From: Candidatus Woesearchaeota archaeon
Lineage (GTDB): Archaea > Nanobdellota > Nanobdellia > Woesearchaeales > JAWBMQ01
Assembly: GCA_038825875.1 (NCBI GenBank)
Contig: JAWBOS010000003.1
Location: 1,786 to 65,785 of the forward strand
Length of the DNA: 64,000 bases
Direction of reading: 5' to 3'
Both the position numbers and the translations under genes were made by a program. Every line of letters begins with the position of its first letter. Position 1 is the first letter of the stretch. Positions 46,477 through 55,395 of the stretch are shown here, one piece after another. The notes beneath the pieces were generated by a model. That model did no database searches and had not been told where the DNA came from. It saw nothing but the letters and a program-made list of their open reading frames with translations.

Positions 46477-47934
46477 TTATTCTCTTTTTTCAGGTTTTAT
46501 GGGTGGGAATGGAATAGCATCTTTTATTGAGTCTGTGTTAATAAGGATCATCACAAGTCTATCTATTCCAAATCCCAAACCACCAGTAGGAGGCATTCCT
46601 GTTTCAATTGCTTCTAAAAAGTCATAATCTAAAGGCATTGCTTCTTCATCGCCTTTTTTTCTATTTTCTTCTTGTTCTAAAAATCTCTGCTTTTGATCAA
46701 GAGGATCATTCAGTTCTGAATATGCGTTTGCTATCTCTCTTCCTGCAATAAACAATTCAAATCTTTCGACTAAGGTAGGATCTTTTCTGTGAACCTTTGT
46801 TAGGGGAGAAACCTCTTTTGGATAGTCCATTACAATTGTTGGTTGAATTAAATGTTCTTCTACAAAGTTTTCAAATACTTCATTAATTAAAACACCTCTT
46901 GGAGTATCTATGTCTAAAAATACATCTTTCTCTTGGAGTAATTCCCGCAATTCCTGATCTGTCATTTTGTCTATGTCTATTTTTGCATACTTTTTTATTG
47001 CATCTTTCATGGTAATCCTTTCAAATTTACTGAAATCAAGCTCATAATCTAAGTATTTGAATTTATAAGTTCCTTTTATTTTCAGAACAATCTTTTTGAA
47101 CAATTCTTCGATCATGTTCATCATATCATAGTAATCAGCATATGCCATGTACCATTCTATCATTGTAAATTCAGGACTATGTCTTGTGTCATAGCCTTCA
47201 TTTCTAAAGTTTTTTGTAATCTCAAATACCTTTTCATAACCACCAATTATAAGTCTTTTTAAATATAACTCTGGGGAAATTTTCAGGTAAAAATCGCAAT
47301 CGAGCGCATTGAAGTGAGTCGTGAATGGTCGTGCGTTTGCTCCTCCATAAACTGGTTGAAGAATTGGCGTTTCTAACTCAATAAAACCCCTTTCATATAA
47401 AAATTCCCTAGTCATGCGGATTACTTCATGTCTTATTTTGAAATTTTCTCTTGTGGGCCAATTCATTATTAAATCTAAATATCTTTTCCTGTATTTCAAT
47501 TCCTCATCTGTGAGAGAGTGATACTTCTCTGGTAGAGGTCTTGTAGATTTGCATAGAATCTCGAAACTTTTAGCGAAAATACTTATTTCTCCTGTTTTTG
47601 TTTTTCCTACATTTCCATGAACGCCTATCCAATCTCCGAGGTCTAGATATTTTAGAAGATCATAGTTTGTGGTTGAATCTTTTTTAAATACAATTTGTAA
47701 ATCTGCAAACTCATCTCTTATAGTAACAAAAGTAATTTTTCCCATCTCTCTAAATAGCATTATTCTACCTGCAACAGATTCTGTTTGTTCTGTGATCTTA
47801 TTACTTTCAATTTCCTTAAATTCGTTTTTGATTTGAGCATTGTTTTTTGTTTTTACAAATTTATAGGGATAGGGATTTATTCCTAGCTCTCTTAATTTGT
47901 TTAATTTTTCGATTCTTGTATGAATAATATCCAT
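46477..47934 (-). CDS. lysS: Lysyl-tRNA synthetase, class II
   Basis: The N-terminal OB-fold anticodon-binding region (VAGRIMLFREMGKITFVTIRDEF) and class II motifs 1-3 (ELETPILQP..., FRNEG, GGLGFGIDRLVM) are present. The length is 485 aa. Confidence 0.85.
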   Translation of the reverse strand: MDIIHTRIEKLNKLRELGINPYPYKFVKTKNNAQIKNEFKEIESNKITEQTESVAGRIMLFREMGKITFVTIRDEFADLQIVFKKDSTTNYDLLKYLDLGDWIGVHGNVGKTKTGEISIFAKSFEILCKSTRPLPEKYHSLTDEELKYRKRYLDLIMNWPTRENFKIRHEVIRMTREFLYERGFIELETPILQPVYGGANARPFTTHFNALDCDFYLKISPELYLKRLIIGGYEKVFEITKNFRNEGYDTRHSPEFTMIEWYMAYADYYDMMNMIEELFKKIVLKIKGTYKFKYLDYELDFSKFERITMKDAIKKYAKIDIDKMTDQELRELLQEKDVFLDIDTPRGVLINEVFENFVEEHLIQPTIVMDYPKEVSPLTKVHRKDPTLVERFELFIAGREIANAYSELNDPLDQKQRFLEQEENRKKGDEEAMPLDYDFLEAIETGMPPTGGLGFGIDRLVMILINTDSIKDAIPFPPIKPEKRE

Positions 47935-48042
47935 AATTCCACCACATTTAGAAAGAAAAGATTTTCCTTTAAAAATTTTTGTTTAAAGTTGAGAGTTATA
48001 TAATAATTGGTATGATTATATTGAATAATGAATGAAAAAAGA

Positions 48043-49383
48043 TCAATAGATATAGTTGTTTTTAATGGCTTCGGAGTATTCCTTTTCTGATGATTCTATC
48101 TGTTCTTTTAGAGAAACCTTAACTTTTTCAATTGGAACTTTTAAATATGTTTCTGCGGGAACTTTTTGCTTATTGAGAATGTGAGGATTATGTTCTTTTA
48201 AGATATGCGAATCAATGCCATATTTTTTTGATAACTCTTCCCAGGATGTTGGTTTTTCTAAGAAATAATGGGAATATATAGTTTTTTCATATTTTTTCTC
48301 TAGATATCTTGGAATAATTTCATGCCAAGAAATACAACCAATTATATATTTTTTCCCGCTATTTTTGAATTCAGGATACGTTTCTTGAAGAGTTAAATCT
48401 TTGATTAGATCTATTAATTTTATATCATATTTCTTTATAATTTCCGCGTTTATGTTTTCAGGATTAATATTTTCTTTGTAAAAGGTTTTTAGATGAGTTG
48501 AAATCATCCTTTTTACCTTATTTTCACCAAGATGATAAGCTAAAACAGTTAGATCCCATCTATATAGTCTGTTGTTTAATCTTCGTAGATATTGGAGTGC
48601 TGAGTCTATACTTTTCTCTGGATGAAATCTTTCTTCTACATCATTTGTTACTTTCATTCCCATTAACCATGCAGTACTGAGGCTTATTTGATATATTCCT
48701 TTATCATTTGATTGCTTGTTTACTGATTTTATGGTTCCATCAGTTTCATAAAGCATAATTCCAATTGCTGCAGGAAGTGGAATATTGTATTGAACACATT
48801 TTTTGAAAATATGATCATAGTATTGGTTTAGCAATCTCATCCTTAAGTCTATTCCTTTTTCATATCCTAAAAGTCTTTTTTCATATGACTTTACTTCTTC
48901 ATATAACCACTTTACTTCATCTAAGAAATAATCTCCCAAAAAGATAGAATACTTCTTTTGGAATTCTTCCACATCAGAGGTTTGAATGAAATATTTCTTT
49001 AACAGCGAGGATTCTTGAGAATTATTGGCTATATCTTCCAAAGTGTAGGTTTTACTTAAAGGTTCATTTGGTTCTTTTATTTCAGGAAATAATTTTTTAT
49101 CGTGGAAAAATTTTTCTAGTAGTTCATTAATAAAATTTTTAAAATCTTGATTTGCTTTTTCAAAATGTTTTTTAATTTGATCATAAGTTTTGTCAAGCTT
49201 CTCTGAAAAAGGAGCAACAATTTTAGATCCTCTATCTAAAAACCATTCATAGGATTCATTCATTTTTCTCTTAAGTTCTTCAGGCGGTATTTTAGAACAG
49301 AGATGAATTGTTGAAAGTATTCCTATTGTAGCTAAGGTAGCTCTAATTATTCCCTTTCCTTGAGATTGTTTGTTACTTTTCAT
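48043..49383 (-). CDS. Membrane-anchored or secreted lytic-transglycosylase (SLT) domain protein with a C-terminal LysM-like domain.
   Basis: The N-terminal hydrophobic anchor is GIIRATLATIGILSTIHLC. The SLT-like motifs are IGIMLYETDG (catalytic E-S/T), KGIYQISLSTAWLMG (GLMQ-like) and LAYHLGENKV (AYNxG-like). The C-terminal YFLEKPTSWEELSKKYGIDSHILKEHNPHILNKQKVPAETYLKVP fits the LysM consensus. Confidence 0.5.
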   Translation of the reverse strand: MKSNKQSQGKGIIRATLATIGILSTIHLCSKIPPEELKRKMNESYEWFLDRGSKIVAPFSEKLDKTYDQIKKHFEKANQDFKNFINELLEKFFHDKKLFPEIKEPNEPLSKTYTLEDIANNSQESSLLKKYFIQTSDVEEFQKKYSIFLGDYFLDEVKWLYEEVKSYEKRLLGYEKGIDLRMRLLNQYYDHIFKKCVQYNIPLPAAIGIMLYETDGTIKSVNKQSNDKGIYQISLSTAWLMGMKVTNDVEERFHPEKSIDSALQYLRRLNNRLYRWDLTVLAYHLGENKVKRMISTHLKTFYKENINPENINAEIIKKYDIKLIDLIKDLTLQETYPEFKNSGKKYIIGCISWHEIIPRYLEKKYEKTIYSHYFLEKPTSWEELSKKYGIDSHILKEHNPHILNKQKVPAETYLKVPIEKVKVSLKEQIESSEKEYSEAIKNNYIY

Positions 49384-49539
49384 TTTTGTTTTTCATGTGT
49401 TAAATTAAGCTAATTAATCTTGAAAATAATAATTACTTATTGGTGATTAATTGTAATTTATAAATATTTTTAAATTATCGTTATTACTTTAAAAAAGTTA
49501 CAAAAACTTATATATGAATTCGTGTTATGTTCTTAAGAG

Positions 49540-49755
49540 GTGAATACTATGGTTGGAATTGATATAAATCAAATTTTGTTAATAGTGGTATTAGCAGCTT
49601 TGTTAGCAATAATGTATGTGTTGAGAGTTTTAATAATTATGGAGAGATCTATTGCTAATATTGAGTTGCATATGGAGAAAATCGTTGAAAAGATTTATGA
49701 AGAGGAACTAAAGGTTGAGAAGGAACTTAAAAAAGTTGAAAAACAAATCAAATAA
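49540..49755 (+). CDS. Small single-pass membrane protein (hypothetical)
   Basis: 71 aa. The TM segment ILLIVVLAALLAIMYVLRVLII is followed by a K/E-rich tail. AGAGGTGA RBS lies upstream. Confidence 0.4.
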   Translation: MNTMVGIDINQILLIVVLAALLAIMYVLRVLIIMERSIANIELHMEKIVEKIYEEELKVEKELKKVEKQIK

Positions 49756-49789
49756 TTTTCTTCTTTGATTCTATTTTGTTTTTTTACAA

Positions 49790-50728
49790 ATGGTATTTGA
49801 GGCTTTTTTTAAGACTGTAGAGGAGATTAAACAGTTAAAAATTCAAGGGGCTCAAAATATCGCAGAATCTGGGCTAATTGCACTAAGAAATGCTTTTTTT
49901 GAAGCTGTTTCTTTAGGATATTCATCTGAAGAATTAAAAAATAAAGTGTTTGAAATGAAAACAATTCTAGAATCTGCAAGACCTACAGAGCCTTTGCTTA
50001 GAAATGTTCTTAATTATGTATGGTCAATTATTAAGGATGATGAAGATCTCTTCTTGTTGAAAAAGGATTTTGAGTTAGCATGTCAGGAGATTATGAATCA
50101 TTTTAGAGAAAGCGAAGAAAAAATAGCAGAAATTGGATCAAATCTAATAAAAAATGGTATGATTGTATTTACTCATTGCCATAGCTCTACTGTTGTAAAA
50201 TTACTCAAAAAAGCATACGATAAGGGAATAAGATTTGAGGTTTACAATACTGAAACAAGACCTCTTTATCAAGGAAGAATTACAGCTAAGGAATTGGCAG
50301 ATTACAATATAAAAGTTACACATTTTGTAGATTCTGCAGCAAGAATTGCTTTAAAAAATGCAGATCTTTTCTTGTTTGGATGTGATGCAATAACCGCTCA
50401 AGGAAAGATTGTGAATAAGATAGGTACCGAAATGTTTGCTGAGATAGCTCAATTGTACGGAGTAGAAGTTTATACTGTTACAGACTCCTGGAAGTTTGAT
50501 CCATTAACATTCTTTAATCCAGAAAAAATTGAAATCCGAAGTCCATATGAGGTTTGGCCAGATTGTCCAAAAAACGTGGAAATTTTAAATTATGCGTTTG
50601 AAATGGTAGATAAGGATCTTATTGATGGAATTGTATGTGAGTTTGGAATAATTGGAGTAGATGAGTTAATTTTTGAACTTAAAGAGCATTATCCCTTCTT
50701 CTTTCAGATGTATTCAAAAAAGGTGTGA
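49790..50728 (+). CDS. eIF-2B alpha/beta/delta-family protein; candidate ribose-1,5-bisphosphate isomerase (AMP pathway partner of form III RuBisCO)
   Basis: 312 aa. The eIF2B/MtnA-family fold pattern is present (VFTHCHSSTVVKLL...GCDAITAQG...). The specific function is assigned by inference from the rbcL in the same window. Confidence 0.55.
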   Translation: MVFEAFFKTVEEIKQLKIQGAQNIAESGLIALRNAFFEAVSLGYSSEELKNKVFEMKTILESARPTEPLLRNVLNYVWSIIKDDEDLFLLKKDFELACQEIMNHFRESEEKIAEIGSNLIKNGMIVFTHCHSSTVVKLLKKAYDKGIRFEVYNTETRPLYQGRITAKELADYNIKVTHFVDSAARIALKNADLFLFGCDAITAQGKIVNKIGTEMFAEIAQLYGVEVYTVTDSWKFDPLTFFNPEKIEIRSPYEVWPDCPKNVEILNYAFEMVDKDLIDGIVCEFGIIGVDELIFELKEHYPFFFQMYSKKV

Positions 50729-51552
50729 AGATGTTGGTTACTTCAAAAGAACTTTTGAATCAAGCAAAGGTAAAGAAAATAGCTATTGGTGCATTTAATA
50801 TCAATAATTTTGAATTTGCAAAAGCAATTATATTAGCAGCAGAGGAAATGAAACAGGATGTGATTGTGCAAACAACTCAAAACGCAATCGATTATGCTGG
50901 TTTTAAAGTATTGTCTTCGATCGTGAGAAATCTGGCAGAAGAAACCGATGTTAGAGTAGTTTTACATTTAGATCATGGAAAGGATTTGAAGTATGTTCTT
51001 AATGCTTTGAAATTTGGATGGACGAGTGTAATGATAGATGGATCACATTTACCATATTCTCAGAATGTTCAAATAACCAAAACTGTTGCAACTTTAGCAC
51101 ATCAATTAGATGTTCCTGTTGAGGGCGAACTTGGTCCAATTCCCAAAGCAAGTGAAAAAATTACAGAATTTACAGATCCAAATTTAGTAGAGGATTTTGT
51201 TAATACAACAGGAATTGATTTTTTGGCGATAGCGATTGGAAATGCTCATGGAATTTATACTGTCTCTAATCCACAATTGAATTTTTCTGTTCTTAAAGAA
51301 ATAAGAAGGAAAGTAAATATACCTCTAGTTATGCATGGTGGTTCAGGTATTCCTGATGAACAAATAAGAAGAGCAATTAAAGAGGGAATTTGTAAGATCA
51401 ATTTTGATACAGAGTTAAGGATGGCCTTTAGTGCTTCTCTTGAAAACTATTTCAAAGAAAAACCTGGAGATTATAATGTAAGAACATATCTTAGTGCTGC
51501 AATCCAAGCAATCAAAGAAAAAGTCAAAGAAAAAATGAACTTGTTGAGATAA
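50725..51552 (+). CDS. fba: Class II (metal-dependent) fructose/tagatose-bisphosphate aldolase
   Basis: The N-terminus LLNQAKVKKIAIGAFNINNFEFAKAIILAAEEMKQDVIVQTTQ matches class II aldolases. VVLHLDHG (a metal-binding His) and HGGSGIPDE are present. The gene overlaps the preceding gene by 4 nt. Confidence 0.8.
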   Translation: MKMLVTSKELLNQAKVKKIAIGAFNINNFEFAKAIILAAEEMKQDVIVQTTQNAIDYAGFKVLSSIVRNLAEETDVRVVLHLDHGKDLKYVLNALKFGWTSVMIDGSHLPYSQNVQITKTVATLAHQLDVPVEGELGPIPKASEKITEFTDPNLVEDFVNTTGIDFLAIAIGNAHGIYTVSNPQLNFSVLKEIRRKVNIPLVMHGGSGIPDEQIRRAIKEGICKINFDTELRMAFSASLENYFKEKPGDYNVRTYLSAAIQAIKEKVKEKMNLLR

Positions 51553-51576
51553 GAAAAATTTTAAAACTATACATTC

Positions 51577-52668
51577 TTGCAATACACTATGGAGGATGTA
51601 TTAAAAAAGATAAAGGATTTAGCATTTAGAATTTATGATAGAATCACAAAACTAGAACCTCCTGAATTAGAAGTGCCTCAAAGAAATTTGCAGAATGTAT
51701 ATTATGATGAAAAGCAAGGTTATTTTGAAATGCAAGATTTGATCAAAAAGAGGAAATTATCAGTTAATACTGTAAAAACATTTGCTCAAACATTAAAGAT
51801 GATTGAGTTATCCAAGATTCTTATTGAGACTGATGATATAGCAACAAAAAGAGAGGCTTATTATGTATCCAAAAATTGGGGAGAAGCTAGATTTAAGGAG
51901 CAGGCTGAATCAGATGCAATTATGGATGATATCGAGGCAATGTTTAAGGTTAACAGAGAACAATTGGGGTTTATTCCTGAAGAAAGAGGAGGAGATGTTG
52001 CAGGAGAGTTGCTTGTTATTGATAAGGATTCAGAGGGCAAAAGATTAGAAATAGACTGTACAAAGTTTGGTTCTGGAGCATATAGTATTCCTGTATCTGT
52101 TGAACATTTGAAATTTCAAACTAATGCAGAATTTGTGATTGCTATAGAAACACATGGTATGTTTCAACGTTTGGCAAAACATGGTTTTTGGAAAAAGTCT
52201 AATTCAATTTTAATAAATATGGGAGGAGTGCCAACAAGAGCAACAAGAAGATTCATAAGAAGATTGTCTGATGAATTTAAAATTCCAGTAGTTGTTTTTA
52301 CTGATGGAGATCCCTATGGATGGTTAAATATTTATAGAACGCTGAAAGTTGGCTCTGGTAATGCAGCTCACATTAACAGGTTCTTTTCAGTTCCACAAGC
52401 AAAGTTTATAGGTATCACTGCAAGAGATATTAAGGATTATGCTTTACCCACACATCCCTTAAAGGATGTAGATATAAAGAGAATAGATGATGGTCTTAAA
52501 AATGATCCTTTTGTTAAGCACCATCAAGAATGGCAACAGGAGTTACTTTTGTTAAAAGGTATGAAAAAAAGAGCAGAACAGCAAGCTCTCGCAAGCCATG
52601 GTTTAAATTATGTTATAGATACGTATTTACCAGAAAAATTGTCTATGCCTGAAAAGTGGTTGCCATAG
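51577..52668 (+). CDS. top6A: DNA topoisomerase VI subunit A (Spo11-like)
   Basis: The catalytic-Tyr motif TKREAYYVS, the Toprim acidic cluster VVVFTDGDPYGW and IAIETHGMF are present. The length is 363 aa. Confidence 0.85.
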   Translation: MQYTMEDVLKKIKDLAFRIYDRITKLEPPELEVPQRNLQNVYYDEKQGYFEMQDLIKKRKLSVNTVKTFAQTLKMIELSKILIETDDIATKREAYYVSKNWGEARFKEQAESDAIMDDIEAMFKVNREQLGFIPEERGGDVAGELLVIDKDSEGKRLEIDCTKFGSGAYSIPVSVEHLKFQTNAEFVIAIETHGMFQRLAKHGFWKKSNSILINMGGVPTRATRRFIRRLSDEFKIPVVVFTDGDPYGWLNIYRTLKVGSGNAAHINRFFSVPQAKFIGITARDIKDYALPTHPLKDVDIKRIDDGLKNDPFVKHHQEWQQELLLLKGMKKRAEQQALASHGLNYVIDTYLPEKLSMPEKWLP

Positions 52669-52732
52669 CCTATTAGATGAAGTTTTCAGGAAAAATAAAA
52701 ATAATTTGAAAATAAAATCAAAAGAGAAAATA

Positions 52733-52978
52733 TTATTCTTTTAGTTTTTCCAACATACTCACTAAGTTCCACAGATTAGTTCGTGTGTATGGTTCTATAT
52801 TTGGATCCTCATCGAGCTCTTCGAGCAGGGTAATGCATTTATCTGCTTGAATTCCGATGTCCTTTCCCTTTTCTCCAAGAATTTTTTTTATTTCCCTTAA
52901 CGTTTCTCTAACAGTTGTTTGAGTTCCAGAATCCGTTAAGAGAAAATCAATAAAATCAATGATTTCAGAAGGTTTCAT
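52733..52978 (-). CDS. Small conserved archaeal protein, UPF0147-like
   Basis: 81 aa. The pattern ...LLEELDEDPNIEPYTRTNLWNLVSMLEKL resembles UPF0147 family members. This recognition is from memory only. Confidence 0.35.
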   Translation of the reverse strand: MKPSEIIDFIDFLLTDSGTQTTVRETLREIKKILGEKGKDIGIQADKCITLLEELDEDPNIEPYTRTNLWNLVSMLEKLKE

Positions 52979-53223
52979 TTTCCATCACCCTTACTTTTTA
53001 GTTCGTTTAATTTCTTTTTTAAAGATTGTAATTTAAAAGCAAGCATCTCTTTTTTTTCAATTAATTTTTCTTCAATTTCCTTTTTAGGTTTTTTTATTAG
53101 GAAATTTGAAATTAGCTCGTAAACCTCTTCTTTATCTTTTATTTCTTCCAGGACTCCATCAATTTCATTTATCTGAATCTCAATTGCTTGAATCTGATGC
53201 ATTAAAGTTTCGAGATCATTCAT
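52975..53223 (-). CDS. Short prefoldin-beta-like coiled-coil protein
   Basis: 82-aa coiled coil. EVYELISNFLIKKPKKEIEEKLIEKKEMLAFKLQSLKKKL resembles the central hairpin and C-helix of prefoldin beta. It sits at the position prefoldin beta takes in the conserved L37ae-RpoP superoperon, but it is shorter than the usual ~120 aa. Confidence 0.35.
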   Translation of the reverse strand: MNDLETLMHQIQAIEIQINEIDGVLEEIKDKEEVYELISNFLIKKPKKEIEEKLIEKKEMLAFKLQSLKKKLNELKSKGDGK

Positions 53224-53428
53224 TTTTCAAAAATTTTTGTGTTATTTCATAAATTTTTAATGCTTTAATGATTCCATCTAAGTTAGCACGCAATGCAGTT
53301 GCATCCTTTGCAGAAACAATTACTCTATTTTCTTCTAATTGAGATGTACTTCTTTTTCCTTGATAGAGTGCCAACTTTATGATTTTATTTAATTTCTTAT
53401 CTTTATAATCAATTGTTACAGTGTACAT
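53216..53428 (-). CDS. pcc1: KEOPS subunit Pcc1-like protein
   Basis: 70 aa. VSAKDATALRANLDGIIKALKI parallels the Pcc1 C-terminal helix (KATDSSALRGTVNSYLRWIKA). The gene starts 2 nt after the rpoP stop. Confidence 0.45.
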   Translation of the reverse strand: MYTVTIDYKDKKLNKIIKLALYQGKRSTSQLEENRVIVSAKDATALRANLDGIIKALKIYEITQKFLKNE

Positions 53429-53430
53429 TT

Positions 53431-53565
53431 TTATTCTGCCTTTATTTTAGTTGGATGTATTCTACTTTTAAAAAAGATTTTGCTTCCACAGTATGGGCAT
53501 TGAACTTTTCTTTTTAGGTATTGCGGATCTACTTCTCTTTTGCATTTGAAGCATACGTATGCCAT
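53431..53565 (-). CDS. rpoP: RNA polymerase subunit P (RpoP / Rpb12-like zinc ribbon). Unannotated 44-aa ORF.
   Basis: The minus-strand ORF ATG(53565)...TAA(53431) encodes MAYVCFKCKREVDPQYLKRKVQCPYCGSKIFFKSRIHPTKIKAE. It carries the CxxC...CPYCG zinc ribbon and the typical RpoP length. It lies between rpl37ae and the pcc1-like gene, as in the conserved archaeal superoperon. Confidence 0.75.
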   Translation of the reverse strand: MAYVCFKCKREVDPQYLKRKVQCPYCGSKIFFKSRIHPTKIKAE

Positions 53566-53578
53566 TAGCTTTCACCTC

Positions 53579-53815
53579 TTATACTTTCATTTCTTCCACA
53601 GAATAAGCGTATCCTGTGAATTTAGAATTACAGCTTTTGCATTGCCAGATTCCCACTGCAACTCTTTTCACTGCTATTTTTCCACAGTATGGACATCTAT
53701 ATGTTTTTCTTGATAATCTTTCTACTTCGTCTACTCTCTTTCTTATCCTTAAACCATATCTTGCTCCGAATCTTTTAGACGGTTTTCCTTTGATTTCTTT
53801 GACCATATTTGTCAC
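53579..53815 (-). CDS. rpl37ae: Ribosomal protein L37ae (eL43)
   Basis: RFGARYGLRIRKRVDEVERLSRKTYRCPYCGKIAVKRVAVGIWQCKSCNSKFTGYAY matches the L37ae C4 zinc-ribbon signature. Confidence 0.9.
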   Translation of the reverse strand: MTNMVKEIKGKPSKRFGARYGLRIRKRVDEVERLSRKTYRCPYCGKIAVKRVAVGIWQCKSCNSKFTGYAYSVEEMKV

Positions 53816-53823
53816 CTGTAATC

Positions 53824-53897
53824 TGGGGCTGCCCGGATTCGAACCGGGGTCTCAGGCTCCCAAAGCCCGAAGGATAACCAGGCTACCCTACAGCCCC
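53824..53897 (-). tRNA. tRNA-Pro (anticodon UGG)
   Basis: The minus-strand read is GGGGCUG-UA-GGGU-AGCCUGGUU-AUCC-UU-CGGGC-UUUGGGA-GCCUG-AGAC-CCCGG-UUCGAAU-CCGGG-CAGCCCC-A. The anticodon loop uuUGGga gives UGG. It lies immediately upstream of rpl37ae on the same strand. Confidence 0.75.
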
Positions 53898-53990
53898 TAG
53901 CAAATAATTAGAGTATAAGGTATAATGTTTTCTTTATAAATTTTTGCTATTTAAGAAAACTTTTTATATCTCTTTATCAATGAATACTTA

Positions 53991-54743
53991 ATGATAACCA
54001 ATCCATTTCCTTTTTCCTATCTTAATCAGTTAAACTTTTCTGTTGATGAGTTCTTCAAAGAGTTTTTGACAATTTTTGAAAACTTTCATTCATATTCTAC
54101 AGAGTCAAGGATAGCACTTTCAAAGATTTCAGATCAAGAATTGGTTAATCTTATTTCCCAGTATGAGACACAGTACTTGTTAACTATTAAATCTTTAACC
54201 AAAATTTATACTATCCTTTATAGGTGTCATAGTCAGGATATTGAATATATCAATAGTTTATTTCTTCCTAAAGGCAGTTTATCTTTTTCAGAAAAACCAT
54301 ATTTCAATAGAGAAAAAACAGAATACAAAAAATTAGTTTCAAAGTTGAGGGAACTGAGAAAGAACAGAAATCTGATAATGTTACTTTCACTTCATGATCC
54401 AATATTATTTTCTCCTTTTCTGCCCTACTCAGGTAATTTTCAAATTACTGAGCAGTATCATAATGAAATTTTAAAGTTATTGTTGCGTCTTTTGAAGTAT
54501 TGGAAAAAATTTACCAAGAGTACTTTTTTTAGCAAATTATCAGAAATAAGAAGAGAAAGGGATTTGTTTTATAAAACATCTTTTTGGATTCTTAAGAGAA
54601 AGAAATATGATCTATCTGAGCTAAGAAAGGTTAAGAATCAAAACTTTAGCATAAAAAAATTAATGAGTTTAAATGATCAGGAGATACAGATAAGGGACAT
54701 AAGGTCAGATGGTTTGTTACCTTTAAGTGACAGGATTATTTGA
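53991..54743 (+). CDS. Hypothetical protein
   Basis: 250-aa ORF with host-like codon usage. No motif recognised. Confidence 0.35.
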   Translation: MITNPFPFSYLNQLNFSVDEFFKEFLTIFENFHSYSTESRIALSKISDQELVNLISQYETQYLLTIKSLTKIYTILYRCHSQDIEYINSLFLPKGSLSFSEKPYFNREKTEYKKLVSKLRELRKNRNLIMLLSLHDPILFSPFLPYSGNFQITEQYHNEILKLLLRLLKYWKKFTKSTFFSKLSEIRRERDLFYKTSFWILKRKKYDLSELRKVKNQNFSIKKLMSLNDQEIQIRDIRSDGLLPLSDRII

Positions 54744-54849
54744 AAAAGCAAAAATTTTTATATTTGAATATCTGTTTATTTTTGTCTATATTATTATACT
54801 TTTTAGGTATATTGAAAAACGAATACATTGAAAATCGTAAGGTGAGGAT

Positions 54850-55395
54850 ATGGCAATATCTCGCGAGGAATTAGAAAATTATCTTCGAAAAAGAAGAGAG
54901 ATTTATGGATATAGAGAAAGGATAAAAAAGATCAGACCAAAAGATAAAGAAGAAAAAAAGACCGATGAAAAAAGAGAACAAGTTCCTAAGCTTTCAATTC
55001 TTGATAAGATTAGAGGATTAATAAAACCAAAGGTAAGAAAATTGGAAATTTCTCCAGAAATAAAGGATGCGGATGAGATGATTGAAGAAATAGAAAACAT
55101 GGCAGTTTCTTCTGATGAATTCAGAAAAGAAAGAGTTGCAAAAAAATGCTTTTTTTCTCAAATAAGAAAACTTTTTGTAAGAAAACAAGATATGATTGAA
55201 ATTCCAGAAAAGAAAACGCTTGATTTGGATTATGAAGAGATAAGACAGGCTTTTAGAATAGCAAATTCATTGATTAAAAAATTGCCTCCTGCTGTGTTAA
55301 AGGCATTTAAGGAATCAGATAGCTATAAGATTTATTATAACACTATGAAAAAATTAGATCTGGTAAAAAAATCTGAAGATGAAATACACCAATAA
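54850..55395 (+). CDS. K/E-rich hypothetical protein
   Basis: 181-aa highly charged ORF (KDKEEKKTDEKREQ...). AAGGTGA lies upstream. Confidence 0.35.
   Translation: MAISREELENYLRKRREIYGYRERIKKIRPKDKEEKKTDEKREQVPKLSILDKIRGLIKPKVRKLEISPEIKDADEMIEEIENMAVSSDEFRKERVAKKCFFSQIRKLFVRKQDMIEIPEKKTLDLDYEEIRQAFRIANSLIKKLPPAVLKAFKESDSYKIYYNTMKKLDLVKKSEDEIHQ

Noticed and set aside
52975-53428. Merging the 70-aa and 82-aa ORFs into one normal-length prefoldin beta
   Set aside because: They are in different frames with an 8-nt overlap. The 70-aa ORF matches a Pcc1-like helix rather than a prefoldin N-helix. They are kept as two genes.
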